Source: Eledone cirrhosa
Taxonomy: Eukaryota
Direction of reading: 5' to 3'
NCBI GenBank assembly: GCA_964016885.1
Contig: OZ024743.1
Span: 273,668,001-273,732,000, forward strand
Length of the DNA stretch: 64,000 nucleotides
Shown: piece by piece, positions 51,977 through 64,000 of the stretch
How the letters are laid out: each line of letters begins with the position of its first letter
Position numbering within the stretch: the stretch's first letter is position 1
Notes under the pieces: generated by a model
Told to the model about the DNA's origin: nothing
The model's input: the letters and a program-made list of their open reading frames with translations, nothing else
Database searches by the model: none
Made by a program: the position numbers and the translations under genes

Positions 51977-53899
51977 ATTATTTATTCAAAGTAATCCAAC
52001 TTATTTTACTAAGGGGATAACAAATGATAAACCGTACGCAGTCCCGTGCTTCTTAATTTATTATAGTTTAGATTACCCTGGATGCCACTCTGTAGGATTG
52101 AACTTGCTACCTTATGAGTGCAATACGAGTATATATAACTATTTGGCCATGTCAGTGTCCAAAACCAATTTACAAGTATTTTGGGTATAATTGTAGTAAT
52201 TTTAAAAAGGGAGACATTCAACCAAAAAGCAGTATGCTTATGGTTGAGTAGCTGTTGCTAACTCCGATTACATTGGAACCGAAGATACATTTGATCAAAG
52301 ACAGTCCATCCATACCCATCTGTTCTTGATAAGGGTATCTCAACCAAGTGATCTCATTTATCCCATTTCTTATTTACGACAACGGGTATACGGTAATCAA
52401 GCACGCAATTGCTGCCTTAGTGTAGTGGTGATTGAGGCTCTATCTCTCAGAATTATCAATTTATAAGCGTACGCATATGCGTGAGTAAATATACATATGT
52501 GTTTATGGTATGTGTGCGCGCGCGCGCGTGTGTGTGTGTGCATTCGTTATGCAGAATAGATAGCATCGTTTATCTCCTCCTTGATTAAATGGTTGTTGTC
52601 TAGGTAGTTAATTTGCAACGCGAAATACCATTAACATCCTATTATTCGTCTATCTGTCAGTTTGGCCGCCACATCATCTTATTCATTCTATATCTCTTAC
52701 CCTTTCTCTCATCCCTCTACCTCATGCTCATTTTCTCACACTGGGCCCATCTCTGTCACATCGATTCTTTCTCTCGCTATATATCGCTCTTTTCTTATAT
52801 CTTATTCAACTTCTCAAGGCTTTTGTTTTTACATATGTCTCTACTCTATTTCACATCTCTCCTCATTAAAGTCTCCCATTAAACATGTAATTAGTAAATA
52901 ATTTCAGAAGTCCCAAAATGTTGACACTTCACAAAAGAAGTCGGAACGTTTTCGTGGGCGATGGATAAACACAGAACATAGATAAATTCCTTTAAATTGC
53001 ACTACGCCGTGGTAAGACTTGATTTGTTGTGTATGAGCAGGACCTCATGATCATGCCTTTGCTTGGGTACTGCCTGGCGCGAAACAAGGCTTCATAATTA
53101 CAGCAGAATTATTCTAATAATTGTTTCAGCTCGGACCATCACAGCTTTGTGCAGATCTAGGTTATTATTATCTAATGCGATTTCCTGTTTTAAGATATTA
53201 GTGTGGGCAAGATATAATATAAGGTGACAACTATTTCTATCAGGGGGTGACGGTTCTTATAATATTTAATCTTTCTCTGAAGTTAACTTTCTTCATGCGA
53301 TCAATATCATCCTTTTTTTCTTTAACATCTTTTTCATGTTTCCTTCTTTTAACAAAAAGGTTGGTAGAGATGTGCTGAGTTTCAGAAGATTAATGTAATT
53401 CAATACGTCATCACTTTCAGGATTTCAATTTGCTATATTATATTATGTTATTCACTGGTCTCAGTTATTTAGACGCGTCTATGCGTGGGGCATCACCGTC
53501 ATGGGGTATGGCGAACATATAGGAAACCTGTAGTTATTTTGATCTGGTACTTATTTTGTTAGTATCTATGTATCAACAAGCAATGTTATAGTTTATCATG
53601 AAGAAACGCGATATTTCAAGATGAAAACGAACTAATTTCCTCTCGAGAAAATTAAAAGCATTTTTCCCGCTTTGTTTATTTTCTATTTCTCGTCTATTTC
53701 ACTTTCTCTCCCTCATTCTATCTTCTGATTGAAGACTAAAGTCGGAAATCTTAAGGGTTTTTTCCCCACTATCTCAAGCGTTATACTAATATAATAATAT
53801 CATCATTGTAATGCATTGTTCTTTCGTGTTATCTTTGTTTTTCCGTATTGACTTCATGAATGAGATATATCGTCCCAACTTGTCTTTACACCAAAAATA

Positions 53900-55330
53900 T
53901 ATTAGAAAAGCATTTTGTACCTAGTGTTTAGTAACCACATTAACACTATACATATTGCAGTGGAAAAAGAACCCCGTATATTAGACCACGGTAAGTGTCC
54001 CTGTAACCTGAGATTCCACCAGCCGAATGTTAAACCCAATGACCTCTCTCCAGCTCACCCATTTCATAACATAGATCTTAATAATGCCAACTGGGATGCA
54101 ATGACTAACAAGCTATCACATGCTGACTGGTCTTTCACACACCTCACACATCTCCACCAACATCAAAACATCCTGGCTGATATTTGTAGATACTCTCACA
54201 AACATATGTGCAAAAAACACCCGCTAACATCTGTGAGGAAAACTAAGAGCATAATCCTCACAAACAGGAATAAAACTATTATCAGAAAAATAAAAAGAAC
54301 AGTTAAAAAAATCAACAATCTAAAATACCGACAACAGCAACATTCATATTCGACTGGTATCTCACTGCTAGACTAAACAAATAAAACAAATATAATCTCT
54401 TACAATGTATGTTATTTCATCAATAACCAAAGAACAGCAGAGAAGAAATCAAACTCTATTCTGAAGTGTTCTTTTCATTTGCGAAAAGAAAGCAAGGTCA
54501 CTGTTTCCACTGTTGGTTCGCTGATTGATGGAAATATCACTCTCCAATCATTAGTGAGATACTGCAGAAACAATACTGCTCAGTTTTCAGCAATCCTGAT
54601 ATGGCTGACCCTGGTGGTATCAGTGATTTTCATCACCAACACACTATATTTGACATAATGTTTGGCGCACCTGATGTCTTGGCGGCAATAAACAAAAACT
54701 GAAAGACACCCTCAAGTCAAGCACTGGTGGCATCGAACATCATCAGAGATCTGGGAGTAATTGTTGATAACAACTTAAGCAGGGCCACTCATATAAACAG
54801 CAAAGCTTACATTGCCCGCAGAATGTGTTCCTGGATTCTCAGAACTTTCCGGTCGAGAAATATCCACAACATTATCCTTCGCTTCAATACTTTTGCCCGA
54901 CTCCACTTTGAATGCAGTTATCCACTGTGCTCTCCCCACACGATAACACGTATTATAAAAATTGAAGCACCTCAAAAGTCAATCACACAAAAGATAGCCA
55001 GCATGACATGCTTCGACTATTGGGGTCGAGGAGAATAACTCAAATTCTATTCCCTACGATGCCCCATGAGCACTACATTATATGCACGATGTAGAAAACA
55101 TTATATCTGCCTTGCACAAATGATGTTGGAAATATCTTTTAAGTATACCTAAGTCTTTGGCCTCGTGCTATCCGCCCACAACAAAAATCTAACTGGTATC
55201 TCATAAAAATATCACGGCACAATAATTTAATCTAAACTGGTCCTGCTCTTTTTAACATTGCACGAAACAGATTTAAACAGAAACAGATCCCATAAAATGT
55301 GAAATGACTTCAGGAAATCGATGATAACTC
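53900..55330 (+). mobile_element. Degraded CR1-group LINE with internal deletion
   Basis: ANWDAM; RDLGVIVDNNLS...WILRTF...IEAPQ...DYWGR resembles the CR1 ORF2 C-terminus; the RT core is missing. Confidence 0.75.
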
Positions 55331-55771
55331 TCTGATTGCGTGGACCATGATGTCCACACCTGATTACAAATCTTCGCTAAGAGGTGCTATTACCCATAAC
55401 CTGGATCGATACTGGCCGAAACATATCCAAGTTAACAAAGTTTTAAAACATATACTTCAAAGAGTCAGGACCCAGAGAGTTGACATCTTGCGGTTTCAAG
55501 TGCTAGTTCCAGACAGTCAGGAACTAACTGTTGAAATGGCAAAAGCTCAGCCGTCAAGGTCCTGCCACTTTATAATGAATCTATACTCTACTGAACCAAG
55601 TATCAAGTACTCTGGTGTGTAATAGTCTAATCAGTTTCAAACTGGAATCCATCGTGATATATATAAATACTTTTCAAAATCTAGACCCTCTCACTCTGTT
55701 GGAGAACCCCTCCCATGTTGACCTTCCAGCACCACTTATCTCTGACCATGTGGGGCCGAGGTTAGATCATC

Positions 55772-55860
<89 letters not shown>

Positions 55861-56252
55861 AGTTACCTATCACTCACATATATAAGTTCACTACCACATG
55901 CCACACGAATATATACGTATAACACACACTAAAGTTTATACTTTAAACAATAAATCTTAAAAGATACATACTTTTAAACATGCATATACAAACGTGCATA
56001 TACTCACACATAATATCGACACTGATGCATACACATTTTACTTTGCGTCCCAAAATCGTTTCCAAGTCTACATAACGGTTTGTCTTGTTTAGTCTGTTTA
56101 TTTTCGTTTCTTTTTATTTTAATTGGACCACCCTTTCTTTCCTGTATCTATCCCATGTGGTCCTGTCTCTGTTACTGTACTCCCGAGGAAGGGCTAAAGA
56201 CTGACACGTCAAACCTTATTTCCCTTTTATATATATATATATATATATACTT

Positions 56253-56785
56253 AAAATGAATTCTTTAATGCTTCCTAAAACGTTGACTCGTATATCAGAT
56301 TTAAATAGCAGGTTAAATGTTTACGTGTTAGCTGCAGTGAATTCGACTCTTTTGTCCGGCCATTTTCCTCTGATAAACTACATACAATACTGCAAATTGG
56401 GATTTAAATTGTCAAGACTGTGTATATGAGGAAAACATGTCTAAATCTTTTATTAAGAGGAATGGATGAATTTCAAACTTTTCATAATAAGATTAGAATA
56501 ATATTGTGATTTGTTTGCAAATTATGCCAAAGAGTAATTCCTTATTTGTGCGTATGCATATTTTATCGTCTAATAAAAGAAAATAACTAAATCGTTCTCG
56601 GAAGTAAGAGAGACTTGTAAGAGTTCTTTTTTGTCGCCACTGTCCTGGTAAAGATAACTGGGTAGTTGCGAGATTTAAAAAAATTAAGTTCTTTATATCT
56701 TGCTATTATCACCTCTGTTATATGACAGATATTGAATGGATTAATGTCCTGAGAATATAGTTCAAAGAATATCAAGGCTGATATT
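56253..56785 (+). repeat. Left arm of a long diverged inverted repeat
   Basis: Collinear reverse-complement match to 63033-63502 (for example ttttttgtcgccactgtcctgg / ccaggacagtggcgacaaaaaa). Confidence 0.88.
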
Positions 56786-59700
56786 TGTAAGGTTGCGCCA
56801 CGAGCGAAGCAGCTATGGCGTCTGTTAATCGCCATATAAATCTTCATCCTCTCTTAGCTTGTCTGGCTAGATTTACTGTTTAATAACTATTAGGTATACT
56901 CATATCATATGAATTTTAAAACATTCCGTAAAGCCCTGTTGTCGGTTTCAAAACAAACCTGTATGAGAATTTCTTTACTTTTTTAAATTGTAAATGAGAA
57001 TATTTTCACCTATCTGCATTTATTCTATCGTTGTTTATATTGAAAAAGGTTTTGGTTAGTCATTTTCCTTTTATGTATATCCTCAATAGAAAAGAATAGT
57101 GAATATATTTAAATGGTGATATGCATATCTTCTCTTTAACGTTTTGTTTAATTACACGGTAATTATCGGATCCCTCTATGTTATAGCGTGATTCTTACTT
57201 CTGAGAAGTAGACAACAATGATATGATTTAGAGTAATTATATCGTATTTACATCTTCAGGTGTCCTCTACCCATATAATGGTGCTAGAAGACCACACAGA
57301 AGACAATTGATTACACAGAGATAATTCTAGTTATGTTTGACTCAAAATGTTGGCGAAATACTACAGGCATTTACATGTATTCTGAAGCCTCATATGGTAA
57401 ATGGGCAGACATTCCGTCATTGAAATATATACAGCATTTTACCTATGTTTTTCTTGAACACAAACATTGCTGAGTGTTTAAGATGTTCACTTCGCAATCA
57501 TGAGATTCTGGGCTGGAGCACATTATGTGGCATTGTAGACAAGTATATTTAATCCACAAATCCGGTGAATAAGATAGGGTAGACAATAAGGTGGAAGTTC
57601 GTCAAATGGATTAAACCTGTAATCCAAAATCCAAGCTCTTTACATACGGATTCTACTGTGAAGTATGTTTAGGACAGAATTATCTAGTAATTAGTCAGCT
57701 ACACACTTGTTTATTTATGGAATAGCACATTCAATTGAGCAAAAAGATGAGTTCATATATGGAAATAAGGGCTGCATCTATAATATACAATTCTCCATCG
57801 TAGCGAGGCACAGAAATCGCAAAATGAAGACATTAATTCTGTTGATATTCTTGAATGTATAATATTAATTATGTTTCATCAGACTGGTTATGCCTGCGGC
57901 GAATTTATTTTATATTAAGGATCTGCTAAGGACACTCATTCCTTAGAACAGTAGCATGTGGTGGTTACAAGCAAAGAGCAATCATATTAATGCTTAAACC
58001 TATCAAAGAATTAGGCTTATTACATATATACTTTTTTAACGTTTCTTGTTTTTTAGATGGTTATGAAAAGAAATGAAAATGTAATATTAATCTCTAGTTT
58101 TATGTTTCCTTATTATGTGGAAAGGTTTACTTTTAATAGACATTTGATATTCAGCTTTCATAACTTGTAATCCAAAGGCGTAAAGAAAAAATTATGTAAT
58201 GGTTTATTGGTCAGATCACAATTACCTATTTGATCTTTCTTTCACTAAAGGCAACTGCAGATCACACTTTAACGTGATTCTATTTTCAAGAGGATGCTTG
58301 AACGGAAAATATCTTGAGTAGAAAATTGAGTATGCCCTAGACTATGGTGTCTGCACATTTTTTGCATCAGTAATCTTAATTATACTCAATTTTACATGTT
58401 AAATAAAGTATTCAATTACTGCCGCTGGGTATAAAATATGTTAAGGAGATCTGATGAAAAACAAAATCTATGTATACTTTTTAATATGACATGCATTATA
58501 AATATTCATTTGCGTGATAAATATGCACTATATCGTAACATATCCGGTAGAGTTGATAAACTTTGCAAAAAAAGAAATTCAGTTAGTTTGATTGTCCAGC
58601 TGTGCAGATGTGTGGCAGATATTCAATATACCCTATCTTGATATAGATATTTGCAATATAGAAGAGATACCATATCTTCTCGTATATAGTGTTATCCTAG
58701 ATTTAGAAGTTGCCTGATGAATTAAGATTTTCTTAGATAAGAAAGTCTTCACTATGTTTGCAAATAAAAAATGTAAAGTTAATCAAAAATGCTGTGTTGT
58801 AGTTGTATTTCATATTGTAGGGCATGGACGTAACATGGTCGTATGGTAAATAAATTTGCTCCACAATCATTTTGTTCGGGTTGGAGCTCATTGGGTGAGA
58901 TGTCAGCTAAGAAACATTTGCCATACCCTCGGTCTACTACATGCTTTCTGAGTTAAATTGAATAAGCGGACGAACTGCATCTGTAATTCAAAGGTTCAAA
59001 CTTGTGACACACTGTGTTACATTAAATCGTCCTAAGAATTACATTAAGTTTACATATGTCTGTATATTGTTAAGCAACGTGGACCTTAATTTCAGGAGCC
59101 GAATATTCCGTAGATCAAACAACTCAACTGAAATGCACATAGTCGAAACCAACGAAGACCGATTTCTCTGTAGAGCATCAAAAAAGTATTATTTGCAACT
59201 ATGTATCCGAAAAGTATTATTTGCAATGTATCCGAAAAGTATTATTTGCAACTATGATTTCATTGTCTGAATGATTGTAGAAAAACCGAAAGGACAAATT
59301 ACAATAGATTTGCTTTAGAAAGGAATACAAAATCCTGAATCGGATATATAATATATACCGCAGTACAAAATCATATTGATAATGATTATCATTGTAGTAG
59401 GTATTATGCTAGTAAATTATCAGTAAGGATATTCCATTTACTCATTGCTGATTCCCATTAGGTACTTTAATGACACATTCTATGGACACATAATTATTGT
59501 GGCTTTGCATTTTAATTTATTTATGCATCAACATTCCTACGTAAGAATATTTAATAAGTTTCTTACATATTGAAGTAATATATAGAAAGCGGTATAACAT
59601 AAGATATAAATTCCAGTACGTTATGTTGATTACTTACAATCGTGACGCTTTATATTTTATATAGCCTTACGTATAAGGCCCACGTATATCAAAGAATGTG

Positions 59701-59899
59701 AAAAATAAGTACAACAATGCCCTCTAAATACCGAATACGAGATAGAAGAACATTTCTCATTATCTCATTTCTGTTTCATGAACAATAGCATATATAGCCT
59801 ACTTTATTTTCGATAAATGTAAATACTTCTTATGAGTTAGCAGCTGGAGCCGAAATAATTAATAGCTTTCTGTTCCATATGCACAAAGTCATTAATTTG

Positions 59900-60400
59900 G
59901 GGGAGAAGGCAAAATCGATTAAATCGACTAGGACACTTAAGCTCTACTTTATTTTATCAACCCCTGTTGGATGAAAGATAAAGTTGACTTCCGCTGGATA
60001 GGAATTCAGAATCCAAATCATTTTTCCGACGCTCAAATCAGGGCCGGATTTAATGTGGGTAAATACGGCAATTGTCCCAGGCTCTCTGCCGTGGGTCCCC
60101 CACCAGCGACGGCCGTAGCAATTTATTTGCGCACTCTGCTTTGATTTATAGTTTTAGGATGATTAGTCTTTTTCAATTTAATACGTGTATGTATAACGTT
60201 TAAATTCTAATTAGTTTCGCCAATCTGATTTTGATATATAAACTTGGAGGTGTGTTGTGTATTTTAATTTTTGTAGTATGAGTCACCAACCCCAACACCA
60301 ACACCCACAACCCCACCACCACCACCAAAATGAAGTTCCTCGAGGACCCATGGCCTAAATCCGGTCCTGGCTCTAATGGTTCTCGCAATCCACAACAATT
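59900..60400 (-). mobile_element. Degenerate SINE interrupted by a MITE
   Basis: aatcgattaaatcgac...ttttatcaaccc...ggatgaaag...tccgacgctc, resuming after 60369 with gctctaatggttctcgcaatccac. Confidence 0.6.
60039..60369. mobile_element. hAT-type MITE
   Basis: 14-bp TIRs cagggccggattta / taaatccggtcctg (1 mismatch); 8-bp TSD gctcaaat / gctctaat. Confidence 0.8.
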
Positions 60401-62628
60401 GCATAACTATTAAAAATACCCTTCCTTCATGAATTGAAGTTGTGGCAGATTGATAAAATCTTTAGCTAATTTCATAAACTGATGGGTTGTTTGTATTTGG
60501 ACGCTAAGTCCTTATATTCATATAAAATGACAAGTCGCGTCCGATTTAATTAGAAACATAAAAAAGAAAAACTAGAGATGTTTTGGGAATGATATGAGTT
60601 ACGTCTGAATGCATCAGATTTGGGACACACTTTCCATTTGTCAATGTTGACTTCTTAACATTTGTTCATAAAGATATTTGATTTATCTACAATGCCAAAA
60701 TGGAGGCCGAAGTTGACGTCAGCGGTATATAAACTTCGTAACATAATTGCATCGTTATAACACAGGATGTTATTGCTGATTTTATGCTTTTATACACATA
60801 GACTGAAAACAGTGCTATTTATTTCTTATATTTATTATTCAATAAACTGAGAATATATGTTGAATTCTACTGTGGATTGGATTTTATATATCTGGCATCA
60901 GAAATTATCGCAAATATCAAAGATTCTATCTAACGTACTAGAAAAACTGCTATATTCGTTTTAGTAATGCAGAAAAGAAAACCGGGTGACTTACTTGATC
61001 ATAAACATCATTATTCTACATATGGCTATAATAAATGTGAAGTTACTGAGACTATATATCCGATGTTCCGTCCATTCCTACATTAAAGAATTTTCTAAGC
61101 CGATGAGAAATATTTTCCTGCTGAAGGAAATAATGCTCTGCACTTTTAATCAAATATACCTCGCTGATATCTATTTTTATAATATGTTTTATTGTTAAGA
61201 CGACTTTGCCATTATATGACTGCAGTCGTGGGTCAACACCAGTTGTGTTATATGACGCAATAGCTACTATTTTTCTCCTTCTACATCGATATAAACAATT
61301 TCTGTTGTGGATATTATGTTTTGTATTTTTAAAAATACCTGATCATATAAATGACGCAATGACGTGGATAATGTTCACATTGCTTCCATTAAGTCTTTTT
61401 TTTCTATACATATGTTTTTCTGTTCAGATTGATTGGATCCCAATTCAAAATTTACACGTTATGTCAACATATATATTGAGTATTTTTATTTTACGGACAG
61501 AGATCAATTGATTCATCTGCCAATAAGTTATCAAGTAAGAAATAACAGTACCGAGTAGATATGTATATTCTTTTAGCTGACCCAATTTACCTTTCTAAAT
61601 TCAAATCTTACAACTGCTTCTCACGCTTCTGTCAAAAACCAAAATGTAAAATCAAATCTCATGGAGACTAACTTTAAACTTCCATATCCGGGTTGTAAGA
61701 CATCATCAATCGAATTTAAGTTTTGTTTCAATAAATGATTAATAATAATATTTTTGGAATTCTGTGACATTTGAACTCGATATTGCGGAAAATGGTACGA
61801 TGTAATAACACTACCATGTGCCGAGTCAGCAATTAATATTCTTTATTTATGATTCGCTTCGATATAAATTTAATGCCATATATATTTTTATAACGTCACT
61901 GTTAGAGGCATGGATAGCACATACATCCATTTTCATCCTAGAGAAATCCTACACATTGTCTATTAAAGACAAGTCCTTATTACGTCGTGGATTTTAACAA
62001 AACCATAAATATATAGATAGGATTATAGTCAATATAATCAAACCTAATAAACAGAGAATGATATTTGGGTTTGAACATAAACATTACAATGACTACACTA
62101 AATTATATAACACAAAGGAATTCGCTTTCTTATCAATTTAGTTTTTAACATTTATTTTACAAATTGTAGGATATTGTCCCATTTACATGCTTCTTGCTAA
62201 CTATTATATTTTTCTATAAGAAAACTAAACAAAAGATTTGCCACGTCATGTGCATTTCAGAGTAGCTTACTTTTAAAAAGGAAAGGCAGAGGCATGTCTG
62301 TATAGTTAAGTTAATTGATTCTTAAACATCTGGTACCGCACGAACTGTCCTGTACCATGTGAGTATAATTTCATAGACAGCTGTATAGAAGTTCATTATA
62401 CTTAGATACATGCAAACGTATGTGACTGTGTATGTTTGTGTCAACATGTCCCTGTGTATATAAGCCTTCTTGTTTTGTTTTGTTTTTTATTTACGCGTTA
62501 GTTATTATATATCTAAAGACATTGCGTTTTCAGTTCTAGAAATAATATAGAATTTGAAGAGATTAATATATTTAAACACACACACACACATATGTGTGTG
62601 CGCGCGTATGTATATATATATATATATA

Positions 62629-62664
<36 letters not shown>

Positions 62665-62729
62665 CATGTGTGTGTGTGTGTGTATGTATGTGTATGTGTG
62701 TGTGATTATGTGTGTCTGTGCATATATAT

Positions 62730-62891
62730 ATGTCCCAAGGCTCTGATACCATCAACACCATAAACACAGAGCTGGCACATCTAAGAACTGACTAACTGCC
62801 TGATGAAGTCATAGCCATTCAATGGCTATCATCGAAATATATATAACAGTAAATAAAGGACTATGAGTTCATGTAATTGACTTATGTTTCG

Positions 62892-62900
<9 letters not shown>
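62730..62900 (+). mobile_element. Solo Penelope-like pLTR fragment embedded in (TA)n
   Basis: Second copy of ~5607-5783. Confidence 0.75.
62795..62850 (+). ncRNA. Minimal type-I hammerhead ribozyme
   Basis: ACUGC-CUGAUGA-agucAUAGCCA(uucaa)UGGCUAUcauc-GAAA-UAUAUAUA-ACAGU; the first helix I pair is mismatched. Confidence 0.65.
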
Positions 62901-62945
<45 letters not shown>

Positions 62946-63032
62946 TGCATATATATGTGTGTGTGTGTGTGTGTGTGTATGTGCGTATATGTATGTATAT
63001 ATACATATTTGTGTGCCTGTGTTTGTGTACAT

Positions 63033-63502
63033 ATATATCAGCCTTGATATCTTTTGAACTATATTCTCAGGAAATTAATCCATTCAATTTCTGTCATAAC
63101 AGAACCGATAATAGCAAGATATAAAGAACTCACAACTACACAGATATCTTTTCCAGGACAGTGGCGACAAAAAAGAACTCGTACAAGTCTACTTCCGAGA
63201 ACGATTTAGTTATTAGACGATAAAATATGCATACGCACAAATAAGGCATTACTTTTTGACATAGTTCGCAAACAAAACTAAATATTATTCGGATATTTTT
63301 TGTGAAAACTTTGAAATTCATCTAACTTGACAATTTACCAATTTGAGATAATGCTGAAGTTTAAGATAAATTATGATAAATCAGAGGGAAATGACGAGAG
63401 GGAAGAGTCGAATTCACTGCAGTTAACACATGAACATTTAAACTGCTATTTATATCTGATATACTAGTCAACGTTTCAGTAAACATTAGAGAATTCATTT
63501 TC
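63033..63502 (-). repeat. Right arm of a long diverged inverted repeat
   Basis: Reverse complement of 56253-56785 with several indels. Confidence 0.88.
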
Positions 63503-63534
63503 TATCTCTCTCTATATATATAAACACACACACA

Positions 63535-63657
<123 letters not shown>

Positions 63658-63751
63658 CTTTGATAAACAACTGGAAGTTTATAATAAATTGAAGTGCAAC
63701 CAACTTGTGCCTGTGTTTTTAATGGCAGTATGGCCCTCCCAAAATCCAACA

Positions 63752-63834
<83 letters not shown>

Positions 63835-64000
63835 GAAAGCATTTTCTCTCTTTCTCACATTTGCTTTCATCCCGAAAGGTCTTTTTTCTAAGCGCTCATA
63901 TATTCACCTAGCTTATGCTAACAGAATAACTATGTAGCTTGTTCCCTTCCTCTCTACGGTTAGCTCTCCTCTTTGTTGTTATCTTGTCTCGCTCGCTTTA

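Noticed and set aside
56175-56215. Hammerhead-like ccgaggaagggctaaagactgacacgtc
   Set aside because: Both core halves and helix II are too degenerate to support
57250-58090. Possible host exons after ttcag (57259) and tttag (58057) acceptors
   Set aside because: Short frames with early stops, no recognisable protein and no consistent donor sites

Overview
AT-rich, microsatellite-dense eukaryotic DNA. The SINE families and (TA)/(CA)/(GA) arrays look cephalopod (Octopus-like; this is inference). No host protein-coding gene can be supported, and almost all interpretable sequence is mobile DNA. The core is a ~13 kb same-strand (minus) train of non-LTR retrotransposons at ~21.0-33.9 kb. It comprises an apparently intact R4/Dong-clade element (1130 aa; Myb-like, RT, CCHC, RLE), a second full-length but disrupted R4/Dong family, a truncated and rearranged copy of that family, and a Tx1/L1 element, joined mostly through (AAT)/(ATT) arrays. 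Other elements include degraded R4/Dong, CRE, CR1, Penelope-like and mariner remnants, tRNA-derived SINEs with 19-bp TSDs, Helitron-like termini, a hAT-type MITE and a ~0.5 kb diverged inverted repeat enclosing 6.2 kb. The most interesting signals are RNA-structural. There is a set of minimal type-I hammerhead ribozyme motifs, including an inverted pair. There is also a GGGAUGGCGG loop/pseudoknot motif shared by the 5' UTRs of the two divergent R4/Dong families. All calls were read by eye, and boundaries of degraded elements are approximate.
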